64,000 nucleotides of DNA from Bacteroidota bacterium (GTDB lineage: Bacteria > Bacteroidota > Bacteroidia > NS11-12g > UBA955), in contig JAURNR010000047.1 in the NCBI GenBank assembly GCA_030830065.1, positions 4,613 to 68,612 on the forward strand, written 5' to 3'. Position 1 is the stretch's first letter. Each line of letters begins with the position of its first letter. A program made the position numbers and the translations under genes. Shown here one piece after another: positions 1 through 10,169 of this stretch. The notes under the pieces were generated by a model. That model ran no database searches. It was given only the letters and a program-made list of their open reading frames with translations, and was not told the DNA's origin.

Positions 1-1169
1 CGGCTCTGGGTAATCTATTCCATTAAATATAAATACCTCGTCTAACCCATTTCGATTAGAACTGTAAGAACCTTTATTATTTGAAAATCTGTAAAAGAAG
101 TCATCCTTATTAGAATTGAATGGTTCTTTTAAGGATTCGATATTTAAGTTATCTTCAGAAAATAAAATATCAAGACCTCCAAATCCACCATGACCATTAC
201 TAGCGAAAAATAGTGTCCCATTTTCGTCAACAAATGGAAAGGATTCTTTCCCAGGAGTATTAATTTTATCACCTAAATTTTTTGGATCATCACTAATGAA
301 AAACCCGTTTGAATTAACTGAATCTACTTTTACACAGTATATATCAACATCACCAAGCCCACCCTTCATATTTGATGCGAAATAAAGAATGTGGTTTTTT
401 ACATCATAATAGGGATGAGATACAGAATAATCGTCTGAATTAATCGGAAGTAATATTTCTCTTTCTGTAACATTCCCATCAACAAGTTGAACATATATTG
501 ATTGAATATTTTTGGTTCCATCAGATGATGGTTTCCCCGACATTTTAGAAATCAGACAATAACTTTGGTCATCAGAAATATAACTGATCTCTGATGAGGT
601 TGAAATGTCGTTATAAAAAAAACTTAAAGTACTATTTGAAATTGTTTGTATTCCAAAATGCGGTTTCCCAAAAGTTTGAGATTTCTTATTGTTTGGATTA
701 ATACTCGTAAAATATTGATTACCCTCATTGGTTTCTAATAGTCCATAAGTATGGTATTTATTTTTATTAGGACTAACAAACTTATTATGTATAACAGTAT
801 CAAAATTAGAAAATGCCTCAGGATGGGCAGGTGATCCTAAGATATAATCAAATTCAGCACTTGCTAAAACAGCATAAAATAATGAGTCTTTTTTCATTGA
901 TTTCAGCAAAGACAACCAATATATCGAGTCACTTTTACTTAATTCGTTAGGAAAAGCTTTTGCGCATTCCGACATTGTTTTTTCTGCTGAATCTATCTCA
1001 CCTGTAAGATAATAAGCATGTGATAACTGCACTAAGAAATTGGGATCAGACGAAATTTTATCTTTTTGACTAATTATATCGTGGACCCTATTTTCGAACA
1101 GGAACTGTTCTATTTGAGCATCCAAACAATTAAATAAAAAAACTGCCTTAAATATTAAGAGTGTGATAC
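1..1169 (-). CDS. TPR + WD40-like (PD40/TolB-type) beta-propeller repeat protein, probably PorE/OmpA-family; N-terminal 390 aa only, C-terminus lies beyond the window start
   Basis: Reverse-complement ORF starts at ATG 1169-1167 and stays open to position 1. Signal-peptide-like N-terminus MLSRITLLIFKAVFLFNCLDAQ. Repeated YFAS..G..GG.D(I/L) PD40 motifs (ILYFASNMKGGLGDVDIY; LFFASNGHGGFGGLDIL). Not in the ORF track, presumably because it runs off the window edge. Confidence 0.55.
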
Positions 1170-1200
1170 GCGATAACATTACTGCAAAAATAATCTTATT

Positions 1201-1240
1201 AAAACAAAAAGCCTCGAACAAGTTCGAGACTTTTTGTTTT
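1201..1240. terminator. Hairpin flanked by an A-run and a T-run (bidirectional rho-independent terminator-like) just downstream of the giant type B CTD gene
   Basis: aaaacaaaaa GCCTCGAAC aagt TCGAGAC tttttgtttt; stem tcgaac/gttcga plus flanking G-C; read on the minus strand the hairpin is followed by a U-run. Confidence 0.5.
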
Positions 1241-1256
1241 AATCTGTAATAAATTA

Positions 1257-4200
1257 CTATTTAGAAGGTCTCAGTAAGTTTACTGAACCATTTACATAAT
1301 TAATCTTATCCTTCCCTTTAAAGCGGTACTGTAACTGATAGAAATACGTTCCTGAAGGAGCATCTGGTCCATCATTATTAATTTTACCATTCCACTGTTT
1401 CTTTGGGTCTTCACTAAAGAATACACGCTCACCCCAACGGTTGAAGATTCTTATTTCAAATAGATCTTGACCTTGGATAGGCACACGATAAGTGTCATTT
1501 AACCCATCTTCGCCCGGAGTGAATACGTTAGCCAGATAGATAAAGAGATCAACTACTACTGGCTTACAAATTGTATCCTCACAACCTGTAGAATTTTTAG
1601 TAATCAAACATACCCAGTAGGTATTTGAACTATCATAACTCCACTTAACCTTTACTTCATCAGACTTTAAGTTCTCAATGAAATCATTTGGTAGTTGCTT
1701 GGTGATATCGTGAGTATGTCCAAAGCCCCATCTCCATTCAACTCCATTAACATCAGTTCTTGTGAATGTAAAGTCAGGCTTACTGGCCGAGTCAATATCA
1801 AAATCTGAATATACTGAGTCTACCAAGAATGTAAGTGTATCCATCTCCGTAGGACACCATGGTCTTGGATGACTTGGGTCGTATTCTGCGTAGTGTAACA
1901 CTCTGTATACTCCAGGATCAGTAAAGGTCTTAGTGTATTGAGTTAAATTAGTCGTAACTGTATCAGTTACCCACTGACCTTGAGCTGTACTGTAGTGTTC
2001 AAATTTCCATTTATAAACCTTAAGAATTGTATCTGAGTTATCTATGAACGTGTTTGAATCACCTGGACAAATTGCAGCTTTCAAGATTTGACCACGAACA
2101 GAGTCACGAGGTAATACCAAAATCTGGAATTTCTCTTGACCTGATAAGGTATCAGGATAAATAGACTTACAGAATTTCATTTCCCCGTCAATCATCAACG
2201 TATCAACTTGCTCTAGATAAACTTCATATAAACCTGGTTGCGTGTATTTATGCCATAGATTATTATTCATATTGGCAGTGTCAACATTGGTGAATGAATT
2301 ATCACCCCAGAACCAAGTGAAGTTTGCGTATGAAGAAGGATCAATAGAAGTATTTTTAAAATCAAGGCTATCATCTACACAAATAGTAACAAAGTTTCCA
2401 GCTTTAGTTCCAAACTCAAAACGAGGAATTGGACCAGGAATCTTTATCTCCTTAACTAACGAATCTCCACAACCCTGATCAGTTAACACTTTCAATACAA
2501 TTTGGAATGTACCGTTACGTGTGTACAAATGACTCGCAGCCTCTGGTAGTGCTTCATCATTTACACTAGTCTTATTGTATTGTACTGTTTTACCATCACC
2601 CCAATCGATATACAACTGTTTCATGAAGTCACATACTGTTGGTGTTGGGCCATTACAATTTTTCACCGCCCAATTACATGGATCGTGCAATACAGATGAG
2701 TCTGTAAACTTAATTGTTGGCGTACATTTTCCAAGACCATCTAATTGTAAACCAAAGTTAACATCTAAACGTGAAATAAATACACGTTTAGCAATGGTAT
2801 CACGACAACCAGTAGAATCACCTGCTATATTTCTGAATGTGTAAACACCAGAATCGTTTTTGTAATAAAGATTACTTCCTCCACCTAATTGAACCCATGG
2901 GTTATTTGTTGATCCCGGCATACCAGAAGCTCCGTATGGTGCGTTACCGAAAATAGTATTGGCATCATTTGGATCATCGTCTTCTTTAGACCAGTCCCAA
3001 CGAGTTGGAGGCTCTTTACCTGCTTGACCATATCTCGCAGGATCTTTCCAATAGTCATATTGGGTGGGATTTTGAGCTGGATCAGCATTCCAATAATAAT
3101 TCCAATCCCATGTTCCGTTATTTTGAGGATCAATGTTAAAGTAACGATAATCTGGAGCAATTGTCAAAGACTCACCATCATTTCTACATACAATAGAGTC
3201 GGTGAATTTATCCATAAACATTGCGAATCCTACAATTATTGGTTTACCATCAAATGCTACACACTCTCCGTTATCCGAAGTCATCGATAAGCCGGCGATG
3301 TGATATCCTGCATATTCTGGGACAAACTTGTAACCATGAACCCAAGCACCATTAATTTGGTGTGAATCAATAGGTGTGATAGTAGAATCACGATAATGTA
3401 GTATGGTAGTCTCAGCTGGATTTGGAACAAAATAGAATTCAATATCTCTGCCATATCCCGCGGTATCAATACAACCATATGCACCTGTTTGAGGTTGGCC
3501 TATAGTTCCTTGGTTATTCCAAATCATTTTAGCGATAGTTGTATCAGCTAGCGCAAATGGATCAAAACCACGATCTTCAAGTCTAGTTTTAATTCTATCC
3601 CAAACCTTTGAAATATCCGCAGCAATCGTATAATCACGAATCTCCGCCGTAAAGATTGTATCCGGACCTTCAACTATTCTCGCCTTTCCATTTGCCCAGT
3701 CATTGGTACATTCTATTTGGTATGGATCTTCAGCATATTTTGTGCGCACAATGTAATTATAAATATAATCAGGGTTCTTACCTGGAACACTATCTTGATA
3801 ATGATAGTAATCTTCATCGATATAACGCAACCAACTCATTCCATATCCAGGACCTGCGTTATTATTAATAAATAACCAACGCAAAGATTTCAAATCACGA
3901 GTTACAGTTAAGTTAGCATCAATAGGTTTTACAATAACTTCATCCCACTTACAGATTTTGTATCCACCCCAACCTTGAGGAGTTAGATTAGCCACTTCCA
4001 TTGCTGGATCAATCATTGGGAAACAAGCAAACTTATCATAGTAGTGAGTATCACTACAAAGTGGACGCTGAGCGCTATTTCCACCTGGCTTGGCAATACC
4101 ATTACCTACTACTATTCCTACAGTAATACAAGAATTAGGGCCCCCTACCATGGATGCAGCATACTGCATAGAGAATTGATTTGGTGGATTACCAGACATA

Positions 4201-6809
4201 TTGTAGGCCGTTGCCCACCATGGAGCAGGAGGATTTAATGGACGTCCTCCCGGTGATAAAGCTGGAAGAGCATTCCAAGAAGCTGCTTGGTTAGGTGGGA
4301 ACGAGAATGTATCGTAATTTATTTGTACATCTGTAAAACTACATCCTGGCTTCAAATCACTTAGTATAAACGTAATTCCATATGTTGGATTTAGTGCTCC
4401 CAAACACTCTATCGCATCTTTGATTAATCCAGAACCAACGCCACCCGCATTAGCATGGAGCATCGCCAATTGTTTGGTTGCCTCACTCTCACACTTGAAT
4501 GGGTGACACGTATCTTTATGAACTAATCTTACACTATTACAAGAAGGAATTCTTGCATAATACAATTCACGAAAACGGTTGTAATCAATTATCCAATCGT
4601 ATTTCTCAATTCCTTGAGGAATTTGTCTAAAGGAGTCTATAGGCGTTATATATTCGCCCTTGTTTAATCGAATCTTTAACAAATTCCCTGGTAACGTATC
4701 TCTTCGAAGGTGTTCGGTATAAAGATATTCAAACGAATCGGTAGGACTGGTTAATATCACTACATCTTCTGGTTTCAGCAAGATAGTATCTTTTGGACCA
4801 ACTACTAGAGTTTTAGTACCCTCTTGTGGGCCAATCCATGCTGAATCGTTGGCGCCTAGACGTATTCTAATAAAATCTTCTTGATACCTTTCAGCTGGTC
4901 CTACAACCTTTTTCTCTCTCCTGAAAATTACTGAACCTTTATTTCCACTAGCGGTATATGAGGCCGAATCAGCAGAAGTAGGAGGTACAGCAATCATTGT
5001 ATCATCGAATATATAAAACCAACTATCAGCATATACCAACAATCGCTTACATAAACCATTACTATCAATAAAAATTGCATCCTCCATTGGAGTCATCTTA
5101 AAGTCTGATAACATTACTAAATCCCATGATTTATAATAATGATAAGGGATGGTATCATGTGAGTAATTACAGTTTACGGTAACGTTTTTATTGTGTAGAA
5201 TATCGGTGGTACATTTTGCACCAAAATTATCACCAAAATCCCACAAACGAGTAGCACACCAGCGTTCACGCTTCAATGGGTCTCCACCACCAGCTGGTGC
5301 GGCTGAACCACCTGCAGGCGCATACACGGTAGTATCACCACGTGAATTCGCCTCCCATCTTACTGGTGGTTGCCAAATTTGAATTGGATTTCCATTGGCA
5401 TCAACCTGGAAAGTATGACCTAACCCACCTGTTGCCTTATAAAAAGTACTATCGTCGTCTGTAAAATCAGGGTCATTATGATAGAAAGTTGAATAATTAC
5501 GGAAGAATACCGTATCCATTACATCTTTAGGACACTGGAATACCTGCCAATCTGGTATTCTATCTCCCATTACATCAATTGTAGATGCAGGACCTAAAAT
5601 TATGATGGTATCATAAATCGATTGATTACCACAAATCGGGTGTTTATAAGTAAGGTTTACAAGAAATGGTCCTAGTCCTGTAAAGGAGTGTGAAGGACTC
5701 CATGTTTTATTATTGAAGTTTTGAGGACCAGAATTAGGATCACCAAAATTCCATAATAAACCAGATGCCCCTGAAGGAACTTGATCCACTGTAAATTCAA
5801 TTTCGGGAGCAGACATACAAGTGGAATCTTTATTTGCAATTATTTTCGCCTTTGATGCATTAACCGTAGCCACGGCTTTCACAACAAATGAATCTACACA
5901 ACCTTGTAGTGTAGTAACAATCAAAGTAGAATTATATGTTCCTTGCCCATAGAACCACTTGCTGTATTGTGGTCCCCACAGCTTATCAAACAAATCTTGT
6001 TCTGCTTGGTCCCCAGTATTGTTCTTAGCTTGCTCTTTAGTACCATCTCCCCAATTCCAAATAATAGAATCAACGAGGTTCTTGTTTAAACGAGTAGCGT
6101 TGGTGATTTTTGCTTCAACTGAATCACAGCCTATTGGCTTATTACTTGCAAATGCAGTACCTATTTTTTCGTAAATAAACATTGCACCTTGCCAATTCAC
6201 AGTGTCTACACAACCATACTCATCTTCAACCTCAATATAAATATCAAAAGTACCACCACGCTGATCTTTAATGGAAAAACAAACCTCGTTAGGTAAATCA
6301 GATGGAGGATATTTATATGAGAACGATTGTCCATCAGACAATAAATATCTCGATTCCTTAATTTTACCACCACCATTTGTAGCATCAACTTCAGAACTAT
6401 CTTTGAAACAGAATAGATTCTTTTCAAAACATTGTTCTCTAATACTAGATCTGGTTAATTTAATTTCTGGTTTTGGACGGATATTTAACTTCGTAGATGA
6501 TTTACAGGTTTGTCCATTGATTGTGGTTTCATACTCCACCGTTGCTTGCCCTGGAGCAAGAAAAGAATAGGAAACTGTTGATTGACCTGAAGTGGTGTAA
6601 GTACCACCTGCTGCATCTTTAAAAGTCCAACTGTGAGTTGTTCCAGTAGAAGAGCCTGTAAAGAAAATCGGTGCATCAACACACTCATTTCCACTAACTG
6701 TAATTGGACAATTTTGAGCATTAACTGCAGATGTTAGTGTAAAAACTAGCGCAATTAAAGCCCAAAGGTTTTTTGTAATCCGTGAGGTTACTATTTTCAT
6801 ATTTTCCAT
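1257..6809 (-). CDS. Giant (~1850 aa) secreted adhesin-like protein with T9SS type B C-terminal sorting domain (SprB-like cargo)
   Basis: C-terminus LANVFTPGEDGLNDTYRVP...IRIFNRWGERVFFSEDPKKQWNGKINNDGPDAPSGTYFYQLQY...VNLLR matches the gliding-motility-associated/type B CTD hallmark (PNxFTPNGDGxND...FNRWG...G.Y.Y). Signal peptide MENMKIVTSRITKNLWALIALVFTLTSAVNAQ suggests the true start is the ATG at 6809, not the longest-ORF start at 6929. Cys-, Thr- and Gly-rich PKD-like repetitive body. Confidence 0.8.
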   Translation of the reverse strand: MENMKIVTSRITKNLWALIALVFTLTSAVNAQNCPITVSGNECVDAPIFFTGSSTGTTHSWTFKDAAGGTYTTSGQSTVSYSFLAPGQATVEYETTINGQTCKSSTKLNIRPKPEIKLTRSSIREQCFEKNLFCFKDSSEVDATNGGGKIKESRYLLSDGQSFSYKYPPSDLPNEVCFSIKDQRGGTFDIYIEVEDEYGCVDTVNWQGAMFIYEKIGTAFASNKPIGCDSVEAKITNATRLNKNLVDSIIWNWGDGTKEQAKNNTGDQAEQDLFDKLWGPQYSKWFYGQGTYNSTLIVTTLQGCVDSFVVKAVATVNASKAKIIANKDSTCMSAPEIEFTVDQVPSGASGLLWNFGDPNSGPQNFNNKTWSPSHSFTGLGPFLVNLTYKHPICGNQSIYDTIIILGPASTIDVMGDRIPDWQVFQCPKDVMDTVFFRNYSTFYHNDPDFTDDDSTFYKATGGLGHTFQVDANGNPIQIWQPPVRWEANSRGDTTVYAPAGGSAAPAGGGDPLKRERWCATRLWDFGDNFGAKCTTDILHNKNVTVNCNYSHDTIPYHYYKSWDLVMLSDFKMTPMEDAIFIDSNGLCKRLLVYADSWFYIFDDTMIAVPPTSADSASYTASGNKGSVIFRREKKVVGPAERYQEDFIRIRLGANDSAWIGPQEGTKTLVVGPKDTILLKPEDVVILTSPTDSFEYLYTEHLRRDTLPGNLLKIRLNKGEYITPIDSFRQIPQGIEKYDWIIDYNRFRELYYARIPSCNSVRLVHKDTCHPFKCESEATKQLAMLHANAGGVGSGLIKDAIECLGALNPTYGITFILSDLKPGCSFTDVQINYDTFSFPPNQAASWNALPALSPGGRPLNPPAPWWATAYNMSGNPPNQFSMQYAASMVGGPNSCITVGIVVGNGIAKPGGNSAQRPLCSDTHYYDKFACFPMIDPAMEVANLTPQGWGGYKICKWDEVIVKPIDANLTVTRDLKSLRWLFINNNAGPGYGMSWLRYIDEDYYHYQDSVPGKNPDYIYNYIVRTKYAEDPYQIECTNDWANGKARIVEGPDTIFTAEIRDYTIAADISKVWDRIKTRLEDRGFDPFALADTTIAKMIWNNQGTIGQPQTGAYGCIDTAGYGRDIEFYFVPNPAETTILHYRDSTITPIDSHQINGAWVHGYKFVPEYAGYHIAGLSMTSDNGECVAFDGKPIIVGFAMFMDKFTDSIVCRNDGESLTIAPDYRYFNIDPQNNGTWDWNYYWNADPAQNPTQYDYWKDPARYGQAGKEPPTRWDWSKEDDDPNDANTIFGNAPYGASGMPGSTNNPWVQLGGGSNLYYKNDSGVYTFRNIAGDSTGCRDTIAKRVFISRLDVNFGLQLDGLGKCTPTIKFTDSSVLHDPCNWAVKNCNGPTPTVCDFMKQLYIDWGDGKTVQYNKTSVNDEALPEAASHLYTRNGTFQIVLKVLTDQGCGDSLVKEIKIPGPIPRFEFGTKAGNFVTICVDDSLDFKNTSIDPSSYANFTWFWGDNSFTNVDTANMNNNLWHKYTQPGLYEVYLEQVDTLMIDGEMKFCKSIYPDTLSGQEKFQILVLPRDSVRGQILKAAICPGDSNTFIDNSDTILKVYKWKFEHYSTAQGQWVTDTVTTNLTQYTKTFTDPGVYRVLHYAEYDPSHPRPWCPTEMDTLTFLVDSVYSDFDIDSASKPDFTFTRTDVNGVEWRWGFGHTHDITKQLPNDFIENLKSDEVKVKWSYDSSNTYWVCLITKNSTGCEDTICKPVVVDLFIYLANVFTPGEDGLNDTYRVPIQGQDLFEIRIFNRWGERVFFSEDPKKQWNGKINNDGPDAPSGTYFYQLQYRFKGKDKINYVNGSVNLLRPSK

Positions 6810-6928
6810 TTGTTGTAAGATTTCAAATTTATGTGATTTAAGCGATAAACGGAAATTCCAATCATTACTAATGAAAGTCCTTGAATTTCCTTGACATTTA
6901 TTGCTTTTATAATTGATTATTTTTCTCA

Positions 6929-8035
6929 TTAATTCCTATTTAACCAAACTGTTGATGTCTTTGATTTCCATTCAGTATCACCTGAATATTTGTATTTCAA
7001 AATGACCGTATAAATTCCTTTTTTGCATTGCCTTCCTCTAAAGTCACCACCCCACTTACCCGTACAGTTATTAGACTCATATACAATTTGTTTTGTTGGG
7101 CCAATTACTCTCATTAAAAACTCCTTAGTAGTAGGCATCTCTGCGTAAAAGGAGTCATTAATACCATCGTTATTGGGGGTAAAAATATTCGGCACAATGA
7201 TATCTTGTTGAATACCATTATTAATTATAAATACTTTACGTTCGATTTTCTGATCACATTTTTTACCTTTTGCACTTATACTCACAGTAAATTCTTTAGA
7301 ATTCAATATATAGAATTTATGCTTTACTTCGAATTGATTTTCTAATATAAATTTGTTAAAATCTAAATCCCCCCAGTCTATTTCAACAGGAATATTTTCA
7401 TTGTTTCTTGCAACATTCACAAAATTCAATATGGCTGTTTGATCTTCAACCATTAGCTCGACACCCAGCAATCCACAGTTCACTGAAGTGGTTATTTGTT
7501 GCTCTGGTATTTGCCCTTCTTTAATGGGATTAGCAACAAAATATTCAGAGGTATCTTCAATGTAATTATTTTCTACATCACCTTTCTCTTCAACTACCGC
7601 ATCTATAATATTAGGTTCTCCAATTAATAACTGGGAATTGTTTCCGGTATATTTGGTAGGTTCTTCTATTGAATCTTTAGAAGTAAAATCTTCTTCAACA
7701 TTTGAAGATGTAGTTTTTGGTGAAATAAGTCCCTTTTTGATTTTGTTTTCATTTTGAACCGAATCAATAACAATTGTTTTGTCCAGATTACTTTGGTTAA
7801 ACCAAACAATAGAGGCTGCAGTTACAGAAACAACAGTTGCAACAACTGCTACTTTCACCCCCGTAACACCTGCTAACTTTGCAGCAATTTTCGATCCTTT
7901 ACTAACCGTTTGTGTAATTTGAGGATTTAAATTTCCTTGAATTGAATTAAAAACTGAACTTGGAGGATTAACCTTTGCGTCCCCTAATCCCTCTTTGAAT
8001 AGCTTATCGATATTTGAACCTAAATTACTCATCAC
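6929..8035 (-). CDS. Anti-sigma-factor-like single-pass membrane protein fused to a T9SS type B C-terminal sorting domain
   Basis: Start overlaps the upstream ECF sigma stop by 11 nt (ATGATGAGTAA). N-terminus DKLFKEGLGDAKVNPPSSVFNSIQGNL resembles the N-termini of Bacteroidota anti-sigma partners. Hydrophobic helix VKVAVVATVVSVTAASIVWF at about aa 61-82. C-terminus IIVPNIFTPNNDGINDSFYAE...GIYTVILKYKYSGDTEWKSKTSTVWLNRN is a type B CTD. Confidence 0.6.
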   Translation of the reverse strand: MMSNLGSNIDKLFKEGLGDAKVNPPSSVFNSIQGNLNPQITQTVSKGSKIAAKLAGVTGVKVAVVATVVSVTAASIVWFNQSNLDKTIVIDSVQNENKIKKGLISPKTTSSNVEEDFTSKDSIEEPTKYTGNNSQLLIGEPNIIDAVVEEKGDVENNYIEDTSEYFVANPIKEGQIPEQQITTSVNCGLLGVELMVEDQTAILNFVNVARNNENIPVEIDWGDLDFNKFILENQFEVKHKFYILNSKEFTVSISAKGKKCDQKIERKVFIINNGIQQDIIVPNIFTPNNDGINDSFYAEMPTTKEFLMRVIGPTKQIVYESNNCTGKWGGDFRGRQCKKGIYTVILKYKYSGDTEWKSKTSTVWLNRN

Positions 8036-8564
8036 CCAGCCATTTTTGCAATAACTTTCGTGCTTTAAACAATTGAGTTTTACTCGTGTTTTCTGAAATT
8101 CCTAAAATTGATGCAATCTCACTATGAGCATACCCTTCAATTGCATACATATTAAAAACAGTCCTGTAGCCTAAGGGCAACTGGCGCAATAGAGTCATCA
8201 AATATTTTTCGTTTAATGTATCTGAGGATTTTTCAGGAATTGAAACTTGAAGAGCATCATCATTCACATTCGTAAATAAATGTGAGCGGTCTTTTCTTAT
8301 GTAGTCAAGACATTGGTTCACACAAATACGCTTTAACCAACCCTCAAAAGAACCCTGAAATTTAAAGTTCCCCAGATTATTGAAAATTTTTATGTAAGAC
8401 TCTTGTAGCATGTCTTGAGCTTGATCTTCGTCCTTGCTGTAACGCAAACAAATTGCAAATAAAACGCTTGAAAAACGTTCATATAACTCTCGTTGAGCAT
8501 CGCTGCTTCCATCCAAACACTGCTGGATTATCGAGGCTTCGTTGCTGCGATTTTGAGATGCCAT
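8025..8564 (-). CDS. ECF-type RNA polymerase sigma-70 factor
   Basis: 179 aa. Region 2-like LYERFSSVLFAICLRYSKDEDQAQDMLQESYIKIF and region 4-like HTH YRTVFNMYAIEGYAHSEIASILGISENTSKTQLFKARKLL. Confidence 0.85.
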   Translation of the reverse strand: MASQNRSNEASIIQQCLDGSSDAQRELYERFSSVLFAICLRYSKDEDQAQDMLQESYIKIFNNLGNFKFQGSFEGWLKRICVNQCLDYIRKDRSHLFTNVNDDALQVSIPEKSSDTLNEKYLMTLLRQLPLGYRTVFNMYAIEGYAHSEIASILGISENTSKTQLFKARKLLQKWLGDE

Positions 8565-8632
8565 TTGCTGAGTTCATCACAAGGATTTATACCAAGATGC
8601 CGAGTATACTTATTAGGTTGCCTGTGTGATAA

Positions 8633-9739
8633 TTATATTTTTAGTTTTCGTGTAATTATAAAGCTCAAATCTAATAGAACCATTTTCGGTTGTGCATTTC
8701 TCTCTATCAGTCCTATGGAACGTTCAATTTCATTGCACATTACTTCGAGATTTTCAAAAGGAATTCCAATTGAATTCATATTTGCAATAAACTTAGCTTC
8801 ACTACCACCCCAAGAATTTAACTCAGAAGAATATGAAGTCACCAATACGCCTCTAAGCAATTCAAGTCCATACTGTAAAAAGCCTTTTAAAGATTCTTTT
8901 CCCATTTGCGAGGAACTTTCAGCCCAAGCAACCAACTCTCCCATTTTTCTACCATAACAGAGTGCCATCCAGCCTCGCCAAGTGTCAAAAAACGGACTCT
9001 CAAAACCAGTAGCAAACTTCTGAGACTCATTAAAATCTCCATGAGAAATATGTGCTACCCTAGTAGCTTCTTCGTCTGACAGATTATTTGATTTAATTAA
9101 ATAATCTTTCAATTCACTTACCAGTAATGGTGGAACTTTAACTGGTTGGGTTCTTGACAGTATAGTGCCTAAAATCTTTTCTTCATTTTCTGCGACAATT
9201 AAAAAAATGGTATTATGAGGAGGCTCCTCAATAATTTTAAGCAAGACATTACCTTCGTTACCTAAAAATTCAGGTAGCCATAAAATCAAAAATTTATACT
9301 CACTTTCAAATGGTTTTAATGAAAGGCTTCTAATAATTTCCCGACATTCAGCAATTGGAAAATTTGCTTGTTTTTTTTCTGCTCCTAAAGCCAACATCCA
9401 ATCTGGCAGATGAATATACGGTTGTTCAGTCAATACATTTCGCCATTCCTCCATTAGTTCGGAACTTTTCTTGGCTTTATCTGAAGGAAAAGGAAAACTA
9501 AAATGTACATCCGGATGTGTAATGGTATTCATCTTTCTGCAAGATGGACATTCGCCACAACTATCTGTTTCCGAAGGGTTTTTACATGAAATATATTGGG
9601 TGTAAGCCAATGCAAGCGGTAATCCTCCAAATCCAGATTTTCCTAAAAACAACTGAGCATGAGGAATTCGTCCATGCCGAACGCCGGCAATAAGTTTAGA
9701 TTTAAGTTTCTCTTGTCCTATTACTTCAGAAAATCTCAT
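8633..9739 (-). CDS. holB: DNA polymerase III delta-prime subunit (clamp-loader AAA+)
   Basis: GRIPHAQLFLGKSGFGGLPLALAYTQYISC Walker-A-like/HolB N-terminus; CGECPSCRKM zinc module; ~370 aa. Confidence 0.75.
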   Translation of the reverse strand: MRFSEVIGQEKLKSKLIAGVRHGRIPHAQLFLGKSGFGGLPLALAYTQYISCKNPSETDSCGECPSCRKMNTITHPDVHFSFPFPSDKAKKSSELMEEWRNVLTEQPYIHLPDWMLALGAEKKQANFPIAECREIIRSLSLKPFESEYKFLILWLPEFLGNEGNVLLKIIEEPPHNTIFLIVAENEEKILGTILSRTQPVKVPPLLVSELKDYLIKSNNLSDEEATRVAHISHGDFNESQKFATGFESPFFDTWRGWMALCYGRKMGELVAWAESSSQMGKESLKGFLQYGLELLRGVLVTSYSSELNSWGGSEAKFIANMNSIGIPFENLEVMCNEIERSIGLIERNAQPKMVLLDLSFIITRKLKI

Positions 9740-9766
9740 CTTCTAAACATTAAATAATTACTTATA

Positions 9767-10162
9767 CTATTCTATATTCGATGAGATCTGATCGGCAATT
9801 AACGCTAAATCTTCTTTTGAAGGATTCATCTTCGGACGTGAGAAATTAATATCTTCAACTGATTGTAACGGAATTAAATGGATATGTGTATGAGGTACTT
9901 CAAGTCCAATTACAGCCGTACCAATACGTTTACAAGGCACAGTTTTCTCTATAGCTTTTGCCACAGGAATGGTAAACTTCCATAACTCAGCTAATTCTTC
10001 CGCTGGCAAATCATAGATGTAGTCTATTTCTTTTTTAGGAATACATAAAACATGTCCTTTTGCTAATGGCATTATATCTAAAAATGCAAGATGCTTTTCA
10101 TCTTCATGGATTTTATAGCATGGAATTTCGCCATTAACAATTTTAGTGAAAAGACTTGCCAT
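9767..10162 (-). CDS. HIT-family (histidine triad) nucleotide hydrolase
   Basis: 131 aa; histidine triad HTHIHLIP; conserved GEIPCYKIHEDE N-terminus. Confidence 0.85.
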   Translation of the reverse strand: MASLFTKIVNGEIPCYKIHEDEKHLAFLDIMPLAKGHVLCIPKKEIDYIYDLPAEELAELWKFTIPVAKAIEKTVPCKRIGTAVIGLEVPHTHIHLIPLQSVEDINFSRPKMNPSKEDLALIADQISSNIE

Positions 10163-10169
10163 TATAATT

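Noticed and set aside
8493-8957. 154-aa plus-strand ORF overlapping the ECF sigma and holB genes
   Set aside because: It lies antisense to and entirely within or overlapping two well-supported minus-strand genes; low-complexity translation. Same judgement for the other 60-130 aa ORFs nested inside large genes (e.g. 15433-15825, 20052-20441, 33910-34242, 55072-55401).
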